In this document: piece after piece, positions 11,590 to 26,629 of the stretch | How positions within the stretch are numbered: position 1 is the first letter of the stretch | How the letters are laid out: the number at the start of each line of letters is the position of its first letter | DNA from: Phyllobates terribilis | Lineage: Eukaryota | DNA: 64,000 bases | Assembly: GCF_046119375.1 (NCBI RefSeq) | Contig: NW_027362767.1 | Coordinates: forward strand, 257,548,001-257,612,000 | Reading direction: 5' to 3' | Position numbers and translations under genes: made by a program | The notes under the pieces: model-generated | What the model saw: only the letters and a program-made list of their open reading frames with translations | The model's database searches: none | Told to the model about the DNA's origin: nothing

Positions 11590-11718
11590 TGCAGGGAGAT
11601 ATGTGGCTGCTGTACAGAGGAGGAGGATGTGTTCTGCAGAGAAGGGGAGGGGAGAATCCGCTGCTGCTCACAGCACCGACTGCAGAAGTGATGCCCTGAA
11701 GCCTGGAGGCACCAGCAG
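11590..11718 (+). other. Putative 5' non-coding exon of the LHFPL-like gene
   Basis: GC-richer unique segment ending in a consensus donor CAG|GTGAGT (intron starts at 11719). It would pair with the acceptor CTGTAG| at 16014, 8 nt before the ATG. The exon start is not defined. Confidence 0.5.
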
Positions 11719-11929
11719 GTGAGTGACGCTGCCGGACACATCCCCCTATAACAGTGCCCCCATTATGTGCTGGATGTAGGGTGCAGCACAGTGCGGCTGA
11801 TGGGAAGGTTCTAGGTCAGGTATCGGTGTATGGAGGGAGCTGGAGAGAACACAGAAGAAAGGATTCTTAGATTATATATCTGTTCATAGCAGTTCAGGTG
11901 TCCATATATTTATAGCAGGGAGAGGTTCT

Positions 11930-12600
11930 AGATCAGTTATTTGTAATGAGGAGGGGAATGGGTTCTAGATCCGTTATTTGTAGTGAGGAGGGGAATGGGT
12001 TCAGATGAGAAATATTCTGGGTCAAGTATCTGTATTGGAGGGGACGAATTAGATTCCCACCAATATAAAAGTATATAGATTCAAGTTATCTCAATAAGAG
12101 GTCGGTTCTAGATAAGGTATTTATAGCAAGGATGGGATGGGTTCTAGATCGAGTATTTGTAGCGAGAATGGGATGGGTTCTAGATTGGGTATTTATAGCG
12201 AGGAGGGGATGTGTTCTTGTTCGGGTATTTGTAGTGAGGAGGGGATGGGTTCTAGATCGGGTATTTGTAGCGAGGAAGGGATGGGTTCTAGATCGGGTAT
12301 TTGTAGCAAGGAAAGGGTGGGTTCTAGATCGGGTATTTGTAGTGAGGAGGGGATGGGTTCTAGATCATGTATTTGTAGTGAGGAGGGGATGGGTTCTAGA
12401 TCGGGTATTTGCAGTGAGGAGGGGATGGGTTTCTATATCAGGTGTTTGTAGTGAGGAGGGGATGGGTTCTAGATCGGGTATTTGTAGTGAGGAGGAGGTG
12501 GGTTCTAGATCGGGTGTTTGTAGTGAGGAGGGGATGGGTTCTAGATCAGGTGTTTGTAGTGAGGAGGGGATGGGTTCTAGATTGGGTATTTGTAGTGAGC
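11930..12600. repeat. 36-bp minisatellite (GGGATGGGTTCTAGATCGGGTATTTGTAGTGAGGAG)n
   Basis: Direct reading; 12-aa periodicity in the overlapping ORFs. Confidence 0.93.
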
Positions 12601-13097
12601 GCATTTTCTAAGTTATGGATCTGCTTAAGGAAAGATGCATGTTCTAAATCTTGTTTCTGTATAGAGTTACAAGCAGGTTCTAGGTCCTGCATCCACATAG
12701 AGTGAGGAGGGGATTGTGGTTTACATTTTTATAAAGAGGAAGAGACAGTTTCTGAATCATGCATACATATATGGTATATTTAAACCAATATTAAATCCTC
12801 ATAGAAGTGAGAAAACATCAAGCCACATCAAATGAGGAGACATATAACCCATATAAGAAAATCAGAGACCAAAAAGTATATAGAAAAAATATATAATAAA
12901 GTTGTAATAAAATAAATAATAATAAAATTTGCATTTTTTCTATATACTTTTTGGCCTCTGATATTTTTATATAGGTTACATGCATACATATAGTAAAGGA
13001 AGAAGGTTTTGGGTCATGTATCTGAATAGAGAGGAGGCAGGTTCTAGGCCATACATTTGTATGGCGGAAGAGACTGTTTTTTTTGGTTATTTATCTA

Positions 13098-14578
<1,481 letters not shown>

Positions 14579-14589
14579 TATATAGTGGC

Positions 14590-15940
14590 AAAGGCAGGTC
14601 TGGGTCTTGTAACTGTATAGAGGCTGCAGGTTCTAGGTCATGCAACTATATAGCAGAGACAGGTTCTAGGTCATGTAACTATATAGAAGAGACAGAGTCT
14701 GGGTCATGTAACTGTATAGAGGCTGCAGATTCTAGGTCATGTAACTATATAGAGGAGGGAACAGTTTCTGGATCATGTAACTGTATAGAGGCTGAAGGTT
14801 CTAGGTCATGTAACTGTATAGAGGAGGGAACAGTTTCTGGATCATGTAACTGTATAGAGGCTGAAGGTTCTAGGTCATGTAACTGTATAGAGGAGGGAAC
14901 AGTTTCTGGATCACGTAACTATAGAGGCTGAAGGTTCTAGGTCATGTAGCTGTATAGAGGAGGAGGCAGGTTCTGGATCATGTAACTGTATAGAGGAGGA
15001 GCCAGGTTCTGAATCATGTAACTGTATAGAGGCTGAAGGTTCTAGGTCATGTAACTGTATAGATGAAGAGTCGGGTTCTGAATCATGTAACTGTATAGAG
15101 GCTGAAGGTTCTAGATCATGTAACTGTATAGAGGAGGAGGAGGCAGGTTCTGGATCATGTAACTATAGAGTCTACAGGTTCTAGGTCATGTAACTATAGA
15201 GGAGGGGGCAGGTTCTGGATCATGTAACTATGGAGGCTGAAGGTCCTAGATCATGTAACTGTATAGAGGAGGAGGCAGGTTCTGGATCATGTAACTGTAT
15301 AGAGGCTGAAGGTTCTAGATCATGTAATTGTATGGAGGAGGGAACAGTTTCTGGATCACGTAACTGTATAGAGGCTGAAGGTTCTAGGTCATGTAACTGT
15401 ATAGAGGCTGAAGGTTCTAGATCATGTAACTGTATAGAGGAGGAGGCAGGTTCTGGATCATGTAACTATAGAGTCTACAGGTTCTAGGTCATGTAACTAT
15501 AGAGGAGGGGGCAGGTTGTGGATCATGTAACTATGGAGGCTGAAGGTTCTAGATCATGTATCTGTATAGAGGAGGAGGAGGCAGGTTCTGGATCGTAACT
15601 ATAGAGTCTACAGGTTCTAGGTCATGTAACTATAGAGGAGGAGGCAGGTTCTGGATCATGTAACTGTATAGAGGCTGAAGGTTCTAGATCATGTAACTGT
15701 ATAGAGAAGGAGGCAGGTTCTGGATCATGTAACTGTATAGAGGCTGAAGGTTCTAGATCATGTAACTATAGAGGAGGAGGCAGGTTCTGGATCATGTAAC
15801 TGTATAGAGGCTGGCTGAAGGTTCTAGGTCATGTAACTGTATAGAGGAGGAGGCAGGTTCTGGATCATGTAACTGTATAGAGTCTACAGGTTCTAGCTCA
15901 TGTAACTGTATAGAGGAGGAAGGTGGTTCTGGATCAGTAA
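14590..15940. repeat. Minisatellite of alternating 33- and 36-bp units (CATGTAACTGTATAGAGG...GGTTCT(A/G)GAT)
   Basis: Direct reading. It shares the GAGGAG...GGTTCTAGAT core with the 11930-12600 array. Confidence 0.93.
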
Positions 15941-16022
15941 TGTATATGAAGGAGACGTATTCTGCGTTTAGATACCTGATATAAAATCCTTTCTGTATTT
16001 TCCTGCCCCTGTAGGTTCTCCC

Positions 16023-16401
16023 ATGGATCCCCCTGGACACATCCATTTATACGAAACAGCTTTTGTCCAGAACGGTCGGGCAGTCACCGTTTTATGGGCG
16101 TCCTGCACCCTGTTTCTTGGGATCCTGGAGATTGTTGTCCTCCTGCAGCCCACCTGGGTATTAGGTGGGGAGGGCAGCGGACATTTTGGACTGTACCAGG
16201 TGTGCGCGGAGTCAGATTGGGGTACAGAATGTCGGGGTCCTGATGGCGTCCTGGAACCTCTCCCACCGTTCCAGACAGCGGCCGGCTTCATGCTGGGGGC
16301 TCTGCTGCTGGTCCTGCTCAGCCTGGCCTCCATCGTCCTGCTGTGGTTCTGTCACTCGGGCAGCGTCTACAAACTCTGCGCCTGGCTGCAACTGACCGCT
16401 G
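16023..16401 (+). CDS. LHFPL3/4/5-like tetraspan protein, coding exon 1
   Basis: LYETAFVQNGRAVTVLWASCT...LQPTWV...GHFGLYQVC...CRG...FQTAA...FCHSGSVYKLCAWLQLTA parallels LHFPL3/4/5 (YHTNYVRNSRAIGVLWAIFT...QPYW...GYFGLFHYC...FCNTATVYKICAWMQL). Acceptor at 16013-16014; phase-1 donor G|GTAATG. Confidence 0.92.
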
Positions 16402-16619
16402 GTAATGGACGGGTGGGGGGGTCTCCATCTCAGGACGATTTCCATTAGTTTGATTTTATATTTAGCTTGCGGAGGATTGTCTATGCTGGACACAAGTGTC
16501 GCACACCCTCAGCCGGCGCATACACCCTGCATATCTTCATTCACTGACAGCAAGCAGAGGTTTTATAAATGGCAGAAGTGTTACCTCCTCATTGATTTAG
16601 TCTCTGTGTCTCTCCTTAG

Positions 16620-16856
16620 CTTTCTGCCAGGGGCTGGCCTGCATCCTCTTCCCTGACGGCTGGGACTCGCCCGCTGTGCGCCCCTTTTGTAACTACCGCT
16701 CAGACAGATACCAGTTGGGCACGTGCTCGGTGCACTGGGGCTTTATTCTGGCCATACTAGGAACCTTCGACTGTCTGGTCCTGTCTATTTTGGGGTTCAC
16801 CCTCGGGAAACGTCATGATGCTTTGAACCCCAGTGATGTCAAACCCGGCAAGAAAG
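16620..16856 (+). CDS. LHFPL3/4/5-like tetraspan protein, coding exon 2
   Basis: Acceptor CCTTAG|C. 237 nt, phase 1/1. Translates AFCQGLACILFPDGWDSPAVRPFCNYRSDRYQLGTCSVHWGFILAILG...LGKRHD, matching the family motif FPDGWD...C...Y.LG.CSV.W..ILA. Donor G|GTAAG. Confidence 0.93.
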
Positions 16857-17924
16857 GTAAGAGAAAAATTAAAGGGGTTTGACCACTATGGAAATCTCGC
16901 CCACAATGATACATGATGTCCCCTTAATGAAGGACTGTAAGCCCGAGATCGCTGTATAGAGTGTAGGAGCCTGCTGTGTTATACAGCCGGCACCCGAGAG
17001 AAACTACTCTCATCAGAGCCTGCTCCCATCACGGCAGTTTAACCTCTCAGATGCTGCTGTCAATCACAACAGCATCATTTTGGAGGTTAGAAACATGAGG
17101 GTCACTTTTGGCATCCATGGCCCCCCTGCGACACGATCACTGGTAATTATACAATGCACTGCACTACTACAGTATAACAGTGTATTCTGTAGGTAAAACA
17201 ACAATGTAGGTAAAAAAAGTTCTATGGACTTCAAAATAAAGCAAAACTCCAGCTCACCCCGCAAAAACACAACAAAAAAACAAGCCCTGACACAAATCCA
17301 AAAAAACGTTATGGGTCACAGAATATGGCGACCAATGATACATTTATTTTGCAAGTTTTTTTTACTTATTTTTTTAAGTAGTGAAATTAAAAAGCAAAAA
17401 AAAAAAAACAATAGAAGTTTGGTATCACCATAAGAGTAATGACTCGCACAAAACAAGTCAATGGCAGAATTGTTTCAGTAACTCTCCATAACTTTTGCTC
17501 CGGCTTTTCAGGACATTGTACAGTAAAATGAACGGTGCCATTCAAAACTACAACTCATCCTGCTAATAACAAGCCTTCATGCAGGCATGGGGATGGAAAA
17601 ATAACAAAATGAAAAGTTATGGCTCTTAGAAAAACCAGGAGGAAATAAATGAAATCACAAAAAAATAATTGCCCTCTCCTTCAAGGGTTAATTTTTGCTG
17701 CCTTATTCTACCACTAGGGGGAGCTCATTAGATACATATTTGTTTAGTTTCTATTGTAATCATGTACAGCAAGCTCCCCCTAATGGTGGTCACAAACCAC
17801 TGCCAGGAATGGAGAAATGCGCATCTAGAACATCTTCCCCCTTCACTTCCTGTTTTTTTTGCTCCTCTCTTCATTTATAGCAATAATTAGCTAATATTAG
17901 TGTAGTAACTTCCCCAAAGAGCCG

Positions 17925-20022
17925 CAGAGCATCACCCAGTATTTGTATTGCAGAGCATTGCCCAGTAAAGGCACCGCAGAGCATTGCCCAGTATATGCAC
18001 CGTAGAACATCGCCCAGTATATGCACCGCAGAACATCGCCCAGTATATGCACCGAAGAGCATCGCTCAGTATATGTACTGCAGAGTATCGCCCAGTATAT
18101 GTACCGCAGAGCATCGCCCAGTATATGTACTGCAGAGTATCGCCCAGTTTATGTACCGCAGAGCATCACCCAGTATATGTATTGCAGAGCATCGCTCAGT
18201 ATATGCAACGCAGAGCAGCACCCAGTATATGTATTGCAGAGCATCGCTCAGTATATGCAACGCAGAGCATCACCCAGTATATGTATTGCAGAGCATTGCC
18301 CAGTAAAGGCACCGCAGAGCATCGCCCAGTATATGCACCGCAGAACATCGCCCAGTATATGCACCGAAGAGCATCGCTCAGTATATGTACCGCAGAGCAT
18401 CGCCCAGTATATGTACTGCAGAGTATCACCCAGTATATGTACCGCAGAGCATCTCCCAGTATATGTACTGCAGAGCATCACCCAGTATATTTACCGCAGA
18501 GCATCTCCCAGTATATGTACTGCAGAGTATCGCTCAGTATATGCAACGCAGAGCAGCACCCAGTATATGTATTGCAGAGCATCGCTCAGTATATGCAACG
18601 CAGAGCAGCACCCAGTATATGTATTGCAGAGCATCGCTCAGTATATGCAACGCAGAGCATCACCCAGTATATGTATTGCAGAGCATTGCCCAGTAAAGGC
18701 ACCGCAGAGCATCGCCCAGTATATGCACCGCAGAACATCGCCCAGTATATGCACCGAAGAGCATCGCTCAGTATATGTACCGCAGAGCATCGCCCAGTAT
18801 ATTTACTGCAGAGTATCACCCAGTATATGTACCGCAGAGCATCTCCCAGTATATGTACTGCAGAGCATCACCCAGTATATTTACCGCAGAGCATCTCCCA
18901 GTATATGTACTGCAGAGTATCGCTCAGTATATGCAACGCAGAGCAGCACCCAGTATATGTATTGCAGAGCATATCTCAGTATATGCAACGCAGAGCAGCA
19001 CCCAGTATATGTATTGCAGAGCATCGCTCAGTATATGCAACGCAGAGCATCACCCAGTATATGTATTGCAGAGCATTGCCCAGTAAAGGCACCGCAGAGC
19101 ATCGCCCAGTATATGCACCGCAGAACATCGCCCAGTATATGCACCGAAGAGCATCGCTCAGTATATGTACCGCAGAGCATCGCCCAGTATATGTACTGCA
19201 GAGTATCACCCAGTATATGTACCGCAGAGCATCTCCCAGTATATGTACTGCAGAGCATCACCCAGTATATTTACCGCAGAGCATCTCCCAGTATATGTAC
19301 TGCAGAGTATCGCCCAGTATATGTAACACAGAGCATCGCCCAGTATATGTACCGCAGAACATTGCCCAATATATGTACTGCAGAGCATCGCCCAGTATAT
19401 GTACCGCAGAGCATCGCCCAGTATATGTACTGCAGAGCATATCCCAGTATATGCACTGCAGAGCATCGCCCAGTATATGTACCGCAGATCATCTCCCAGT
19501 ATATGTAACACAGAGCATCGCCCAGTATATGTACCGCAGAACATTGCCCAATATATGTACTGCAGAGTATCGCCCAGTATATGTAACACAGAGCTTCGCC
19601 CAGTATATGTAACGCAGAGCATCGCCCAGTACATGTAACGCAGAGCATCACCCAGTATATGTATTGCAGAGCATCGCACAGTATATGCAACGCAGAGCAT
19701 CGCCCAGTATATGTATCGCAGAGCATTGCCCAGTATATGTACCGCAGAGCATTTCCCAGTATATGTACCGCAGATCATCTCCCAGTATATGTATTGCAGA
19801 GCATCAACCAATATATGTATTGCAGAGCATCGCTCAGTATATGCAACGCAGAGCATCACCCAGTATATGTACCGCAGAGTATCTCCCAGTATATGTATCG
19901 CAGAGCATCTCCCAGTATATGTATCGCAGAGCATCGCTCAGTATATGTACCGCAGAGCATCGCCCAGTATATGTACCGCAGAGCATCTCCCAGTATATGT
20001 ACCGCAGAGCATCTCCCAGTAT
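17925..20022. repeat. 26-bp minisatellite (CGCAGAGCATCGCCCAGTATATGTAC)n with 390-bp higher-order repeat
   Basis: Direct reading. Near-identical ORFs recur at 18196/18586/18976 and 18385/18775 (390 bp = 15 units). Confidence 0.95.
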
Positions 20023-20185
20023 AACTATTTTGTATAAGTGACAAGTATACCTAGAAGAATTGATGAAGGCAAAGGGCAGTCACCAAATATTGTTAAATTT
20101 AGATTTCTCTTTTGTTCATTCACTTTGCATTTTATTAAATTATAAAAGTAAATTATTACCACTTCTATGTATGAAAGTTCTCTCA

Positions 20186-21098
20186 GGCTGCGTGCCCACT
20201 ATGCGTTTTCAAGCGTTTTTGCTGCGGAATTTCCGCAGCGAAAACGCTTAAAAAACGCTTGGTAATACGTGCCCCATGGTCCCCAATGATAATCCACATG
20301 TGCTGTGCACATGCTGCGGAAATTTCTGCTGCGGATTATCATTGCGGAAAAATCCACAGCATGTCCATTAATTTTGCGGACAAACAGCGTAAACACCGCC
20401 ATTGACTTGCATTGGATCGCTTAATATAAGCATGATCACATGTGCCCATACGGATATCATACAGTTCAATGTGTGGATGGTACCAGGGTTTGGAGAAGAG
20501 GAGACTCTCTTCCAGACTCGGGTACGATAGAACCTGTAAAAAAAAGAATTTAAAAAAAAAAATAAAGATTATACTTACCTTCCGATGGCCCCTGGTCTCC
20601 TCAGTGATGCGTCCGGTCTCTTACACAGCTCGCGATGGTCTAAAAGGACCTGCGGTGACGTCATTTAGTCATGTGACAGGTCAAGAGACCGCTGACGTTG
20701 GCTGTCGCGTGACCTGTCACATGACTAAATGACGTCACCGCAGGTCCTTTTAGACCACCACGAGACACCGGGGAGACCGGACGCAGCGGAGAAAAGACCG
20801 GGGGCCATCAGAAGGTAAGTATAATCTTTATTTTATTTTTACCATTTTTATTCTTTTTTTTTAACTATTACTTGGTCACACTATATAAATCCATGCCAGT
20901 TGCATGGATTTATATAGTGTGACCAAGTTGTCAAGCACTTTCCAAGTGATGCTAAAATCGCTTGATAACCCGCATGCAAAAACGCTTGACAAACGCTTCT
21001 ACCTGGCGGGAAAAACGCATGTAAAATCCGCATGTGTTTTTCCTGCCAGGGAGAAGCGGAAAAAATATGCCGCATTACTGCATCATGGGCACATAGCC
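20186..21098. mobile_element. Non-autonomous PIF/Harbinger-like element (MITE) with internal palindrome
   Basis: TIRs GGCTGCGTGCCCA / TGGGCACATAGCC, flanked by TCA and TTA (degenerate TWA). Subterminal GCGG/CCGC motifs. Internal inverted repeat ~20570-20825. Confidence 0.7.
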
Positions 21099-21219
21099 TT
21101 ACTGTGCAGCACTTTTCCACACCTGCCTAAAACTTTTGCACAGTACTGTATATATACACTGTATGTAGTGCACTGTAGAACATAATATAGACCTTTCAAA
21201 AAGCATCTCTTAAGGTACA

Positions 21220-24200
21220 GTATTATAGTAGTTATATTCTTATACATAGGAGCAGAATTATAGTAGTTATATTCTTGTACATAGAGGCAGTATTATAGTA
21301 GTTATATTCTTGTACATAGGAGCAGAATTATAGTAGTTATATTCTTGTACATAGGAGCAGTATTATAGTAGTTATAATCTTGTACGTAAGGGTAGTAATA
21401 TAGTAGTTATATTCTTGTACATAGGGGCAGTATTATAGTAGTTATATTCTTGTACATAGGAGCAGTATTATAGTAGTTATAATCTTGTACGTAAGGGTAG
21501 TAATATAGTAGTTATATTCTTGTACATAGGGGCAGTATTATAGTAGATATATTCTTGTACATAGAGGCAGTATTATAGTAGTTATATTCTTGTACATAGA
21601 GGCAGTATTATAGTAGTTATATTCTTGTACATAGGGGGCAGTATTATAGTAGTTATATTCTTGTACATAGGAGCAGTATTATAGTAGTTATATTCTTGTA
21701 CATAGGAACAGTATTATAGTAGTTATATTCTTGTACATAGGAGCAGTACTATAGTAGTTATATTCTTGTACATAGGGGGCAGTATTATAGTAGTTATATT
21801 CTTATACATAGGGGCAGAATTATAGTAGTTATATTCTTGTACATAGGGGGCAGTATTATAGTAGTTGTATTCTTGTACATAGGGGGCAGTATTAGAGTAG
21901 TTATATTCTTGTACATAGGAGGCAGTATTATAGTAGTTGTATTCTTGTACATAGGGGACAGTATTATAGTAGTTATATTCTTGTACATAGGGGGCAGTAT
22001 TATAGTAGTTGTATTCTTGTACATAGGGGCAGTATTATAGTAGTTATATTCTCGTACATAGGGGGCAGTATTATAGTAGTTATATTCTTGTACATAGGGG
22101 GCAGTATTATAGTAGTTATATTCTTGTACATAGGGGGCAGTATTATAGTAGTTATATTCTTGTATATAGGGGCAGTATTACAGTAGTTATATTACTGTAC
22201 ATAGGAGCAGTATTATAGTAGTTATATTCTTGTACATAGGGGGCAGTATTATAGTAGTTATATTCTTATACATAGGAGCAGAATTATAGTAGTTATATTC
22301 TTGTACATAGGGGCAGTATTATAGTAGTTATATTCTTGTACATAGGAACAGTATTATAGTAGTTATATTCTTGTACATAGGGGCAGTATTATAGTAGTTA
22401 TATTCTTATACATAGGAGCAGAATTATAGTAGTTATATTCTTGTACATAGGGGGCAGTATTATAGTAGTTGTATTCTTGTACATAGGGGGCAGTATTAGA
22501 GTAGTTATATTCTTGTACATAGGGGGCAGTATTATAGTAGTTGTATTCTTGTACATAGGGGACAGTATTATAGTAGTTATATTCTTGTACATAGGGGGCA
22601 GTATTATAGTAGTTGTATTCTTGTACATAGGGGCAGTATTATAGTAGTTATATTCTCGTACATAGGGGGCAGTATTATAGTAGTTATATTCTTGTACATA
22701 GGGGGCAGTATTATAGTAGTTATATTCTTGTACATAGGGGGCAGTATTATAGTAGTTATATTCTTGTATATAGGGGCAGTATTACAGTAGTTATATTACT
22801 GTACATAGGAGCAGTATTATAGTAGTTATATTCTTGTACATAGGGGGCAGTATTATAGTAGTTATATTCTTGTACAGGGGGGCAGTATTATAGTAGTTAT
22901 ATTACTGTACATAGGAGCAGTATTATACTAGTTATATTCTTGTACATAGGGGCAGTATTATAGTAGCTATATTCTTATACATAGGGGGCAGTATTATAGT
23001 AGTTATATTCTTGTATATAGGGGCAGTATTACAGTAGTTATATTACTGTACATAGGAGCAGTATTATAGTAGTTATATTCTTGTACATAGGGGGCAGTAT
23101 TATAGTAGCTATATTCTTGTACATAGGGGGCAGTATTATAGTAGTTATATTCTTGTATATAGGGGCAGTATTATAGTAGTTATATTCTTGTACATAGGGG
23201 GCAGTATTATAGTAGTTATATTCTTGTACATAGGAGCAGTATTATAGTAGTTGTATTCTTGTACATAGGAGCAGTATTATAGTAGTTATATTCTTGTACA
23301 TAGGAGCAGTATTATAGTTGTTATATTCTTATGCTTAGGAGCAGTATTTTAGTAGTTATATTCTTGTACATAGGGGGCAGTATTATAGTAGTTATATTCT
23401 TGTACATAGGAGGCAGTATTATAGTAGTTGTATTCTTGTACATAGGGGGCAGTATTATAGTAGTTATATTCTTATACATAGGAGCAGTATTATAGTAGTT
23501 ATATTCTTGTACATAGGGGGCAGTATTATAGTAGTTATATTCTTGTATATAGTATCAGTATTATAGTAGTTATATTCTTGTACATAGGGAGCAGTATTAT
23601 AGTAGTTATATTCTTGTACATAGGGGGCAGTATTATAGTAGTTATATTCTTGTACATAGGGGGCAGTATTATAGTAGTTATATTCTTGTACATAGGGACA
23701 ATATTATAGTACAGTCATGGCCAAAAGTTTTGAGAATGACACCAAAATTATATTTTCACATGATCTTCTGGCCTCTGGTTTTTATTAGTGTTTGTCTGAT
23801 GTTTATATCACATACAGAAATATAATTGCAATCATATTATGAGTACCAATAGGTTATATTGACAGTTAGAATGAGTTAATGCAGCAAGTCAATATTTGCA
23901 ATGTTGCCCCTTCTTCTTCAAGGCCTCTGTAATTCTCCCTGGCATGCTCTCAATCAACTTTTGGACCAAATCCTGACTGATAGCAGTCCATTCTTGCATA
24001 GTCAATGCTTGCATTTTGCCAGAATTTGTTGGTTTTTGTTTGTCCACCCGTCTCTTGATGATTGACCACAAGTTCTCAATGGGATTAAGATCTGGGGAGT
24101 TTCCAGGCCATGGACCCAAAATCTCTATGTTTTGTTCTATGAGCCATTTAGTTATCACCTTTGCTTTATGGCAAGGTGCTCCATCATGCTGGAAAAGGCA

Positions 24201-26190
24201 TTGTTGGGTGCCAAACTGCTGTTAAGCTGATCACTCTTTGACATTCAGGAGTATATGCAAATTGCCATTACAAAAAATGAAGCAGTAAACTTTGGAAAAA
24301 TTACTATTTGTCTCATTCTCAATACTTTTGGCCATGATTCTAGTTATATTCTTGTACATGGGGGCAGTATTATAGTAGTTATATTCTTGTACATAGGAGC
24401 AGTATTATAGTAGTTATATTCTTGTACATAGGGGACAGTATTATAGTAGTTATATTCTTGTACATAGGAGCAGTATTATAGTAGTTACATTCTTGTACAT
24501 AGGGGACAGTATTATAGTAGTTATATTCTTGTACATAGGAGCAGTATTATAGTAGTTATATTCTTATATTGTACATAGGGGCAGTATTGTAGTAGTTATA
24601 TTCTTGTACATAGGGGGCAGTATTATAGTAGTTATATTCTTGTACATAGGGAGCTGTATTATAGTAGTTATATTCTTGTACATAGGAGCAGTATTATAGT
24701 TGTTATATTCTTGTATATAGTAGCAGTATTATAGTAGTTATATTATTGTACATAGGGGGCAGTATTATAGTATTGTCTTGTACATAAGAGCAGTATTATA
24801 ATAGTTATATTCTTGTACATAGGAGGCATTATTATAGTAGTTACATTCTTGTATATAGGGGGCAGTATTATAGTAGTTATATTCTTGTACATAGGGGCAG
24901 TATTATAGTAGTTATATTCTTGTACATAGGAGCAGTATTATAGTAGTTATATTCTTATATTGTACATAGGGGCAGTATTATAGTAGTTATATTCTTGTAC
25001 ATAGGGGGCAGTATTATAGTAGTTATATTCTTGTACATAGGGAGCTGTATTATAGTAGTTTTATTCTTGTACATAGGAGCAGTATTATAGTTGTTATATT
25101 CTTGTATATAGTAGCAGTATTATAGTAGTTATATTATTGTACATAGGGGGCAGTATTATAGTATTGTCTTGTACATAAGAGCAGTATTATAATAGTTATA
25201 TTCTTGTACATAGGAGGCATTATTATAGTAGTTACATTCTTGTATATAGGGAGCAGTATTATAGTAGTTATATTCTTGTACATAGGGGGCAGTATTATAG
25301 TAGTTATATTCTTGTACATAGGAGCAGTATTATAGTAGTTATATTCTTATATTGTACATAGGAGCAGTATTATAGTAGTTATATTCTTGTACATAGGGGG
25401 GCAGTATTATAGTAGTTATATTCTTGTACATAGGAGCAGTATTATAGTAGTTATATTCTTGTACATAGGGGGGCAGTATTATAGTAGTTATATTCTTGTA
25501 CATAGGAGCAGTATTATAGTAGTTATATTCTTGTACATAGGAGGCATTATTATAGTAGTTACATTCTTGTATATAGGGAGCAGTATTATAGTAGTTATAT
25601 TCTTGTACATAGGGGGCAGTATTATAGTAGTTATATTCTTGTACATAGGGGCCAGTATTATAGTAGTTATATTCTTGTACATAGGGGCAGTATTATAGTA
25701 GTTATATTCTTGTATATAGGGAGCAGTATTATAGCAGTTATATTCTTGTACATAGGGAGCAGTATTATAGTAGTTATATTCTTGTACATAGGGGCAGTAT
25801 TATAGTAGTTATATTCTTGTACATAGGAACAGTATTATAGTAGTTATATTCTTGTACATAGGAGCAGTATTATAGTAGTTATATTCTTGTACATATAGAG
25901 GGCAGTATTATAGTAGTTATATTCTTGTACATAGGGGCAGTATTATAGTAGTTATATTCTTGTACATAGGGACAATATTATAGTAGTTATATTCTTGTAC
26001 ATGGGGGCAGTATTATAGTAGCTATATTCTTGTACATAGGAGCAGTATTATAGTAGTTATATTCTTGTACATTGGAGCAGTACTACAGTAGTTATGTTCT
26101 TGTACATAGGGGGCAGTATTATAGTAGTTATATTCTTGTACATAGGGGGCAGTATTATAGTATCGTGTTGTACATAAGGGCAGTATTATA
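21220..26190. repeat. 35-37-bp minisatellite (GCAGTATTATAGTAGTTATATTCTTGTACATAGG..)n, interrupted by a Tc1 remnant
   Basis: Direct reading. Unit length varies in the G run. An internal block is duplicated at a 604-bp offset (21794 vs 22398). Confidence 0.96.
23712..24340 (-). mobile_element. Internally deleted Tc1 element (629 bp) keeping the C-terminal catalytic part
   Basis: TIR CAGTCATGGCCAAAAGT... at left and a degenerate copy at right, TA flanks. ORF 23889-24158 contains WPGNSPDLNPIENLW. Confidence 0.9.
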
Positions 26191-26629
26191 GTATGTGGTC
26201 TGGTCTTTCTTTGAGAGCTGGTATGAGTCATATTATTGTCCTTGTAATTCATTTCCATTCCTCTGCTGTCCTTGCACTTTCTGAGGCTGGCTGCATTACG
26301 CACAGCACGGAATAGATAATAATTAGATCTTGGTGACTCAGCAGAGAAGGAACTTCTGGATCGAGGGCCATTAAAATATAATGTCACCAGCTTATATCCA
26401 CTAGTCCTTGACTCGTCCTCGTCTATCTCTTTATATTCAGCAGTCTCTAGACTTAGACTCGGGGACCACTTTCCGGCCTCCGCAGGTGCAGTCACAAGCT
26501 TTCCTGGAATCCTGAACGGCTCGTTCACTTACCTATACACTGATGCATGTAATGAGATGTCTTCACCACTTAGAAGCCCCGGATATCTGTATCCTTCTTA
26601 TTGGTAACCTCCATTTCTCTTTTTTCCAG

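Noticed and set aside
16402-16448. C-terminal part of ORF 16023-16448 (GNGRVGG...DDFH)
   Set aside because: Intron read-through; family similarity resumes only after splicing to 16620.
16918-17695. Possible degraded TTAA-flanked element (CCCCTTAA ... AAGGGTTAA)
   Set aside because: Ends and TSD too decayed to delimit confidently.
17984-20044. 542-aa and 495-aa repetitive ORFs
   Set aside because: Translations of the 26-bp minisatellite in an intron; several frames and both strands are equally open.
21220-26190. Regularly spaced ~36-bp repeats superficially like a CRISPR array
   Set aside because: Head-to-tail tandem units with no unique spacers, eukaryotic context, no cas genes.
26022-26528. 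168-aa minus-strand ORF near LHFPL exon 3
   Set aside because: No recognisable motifs; it runs into the minisatellite and is probably a chance ORF.
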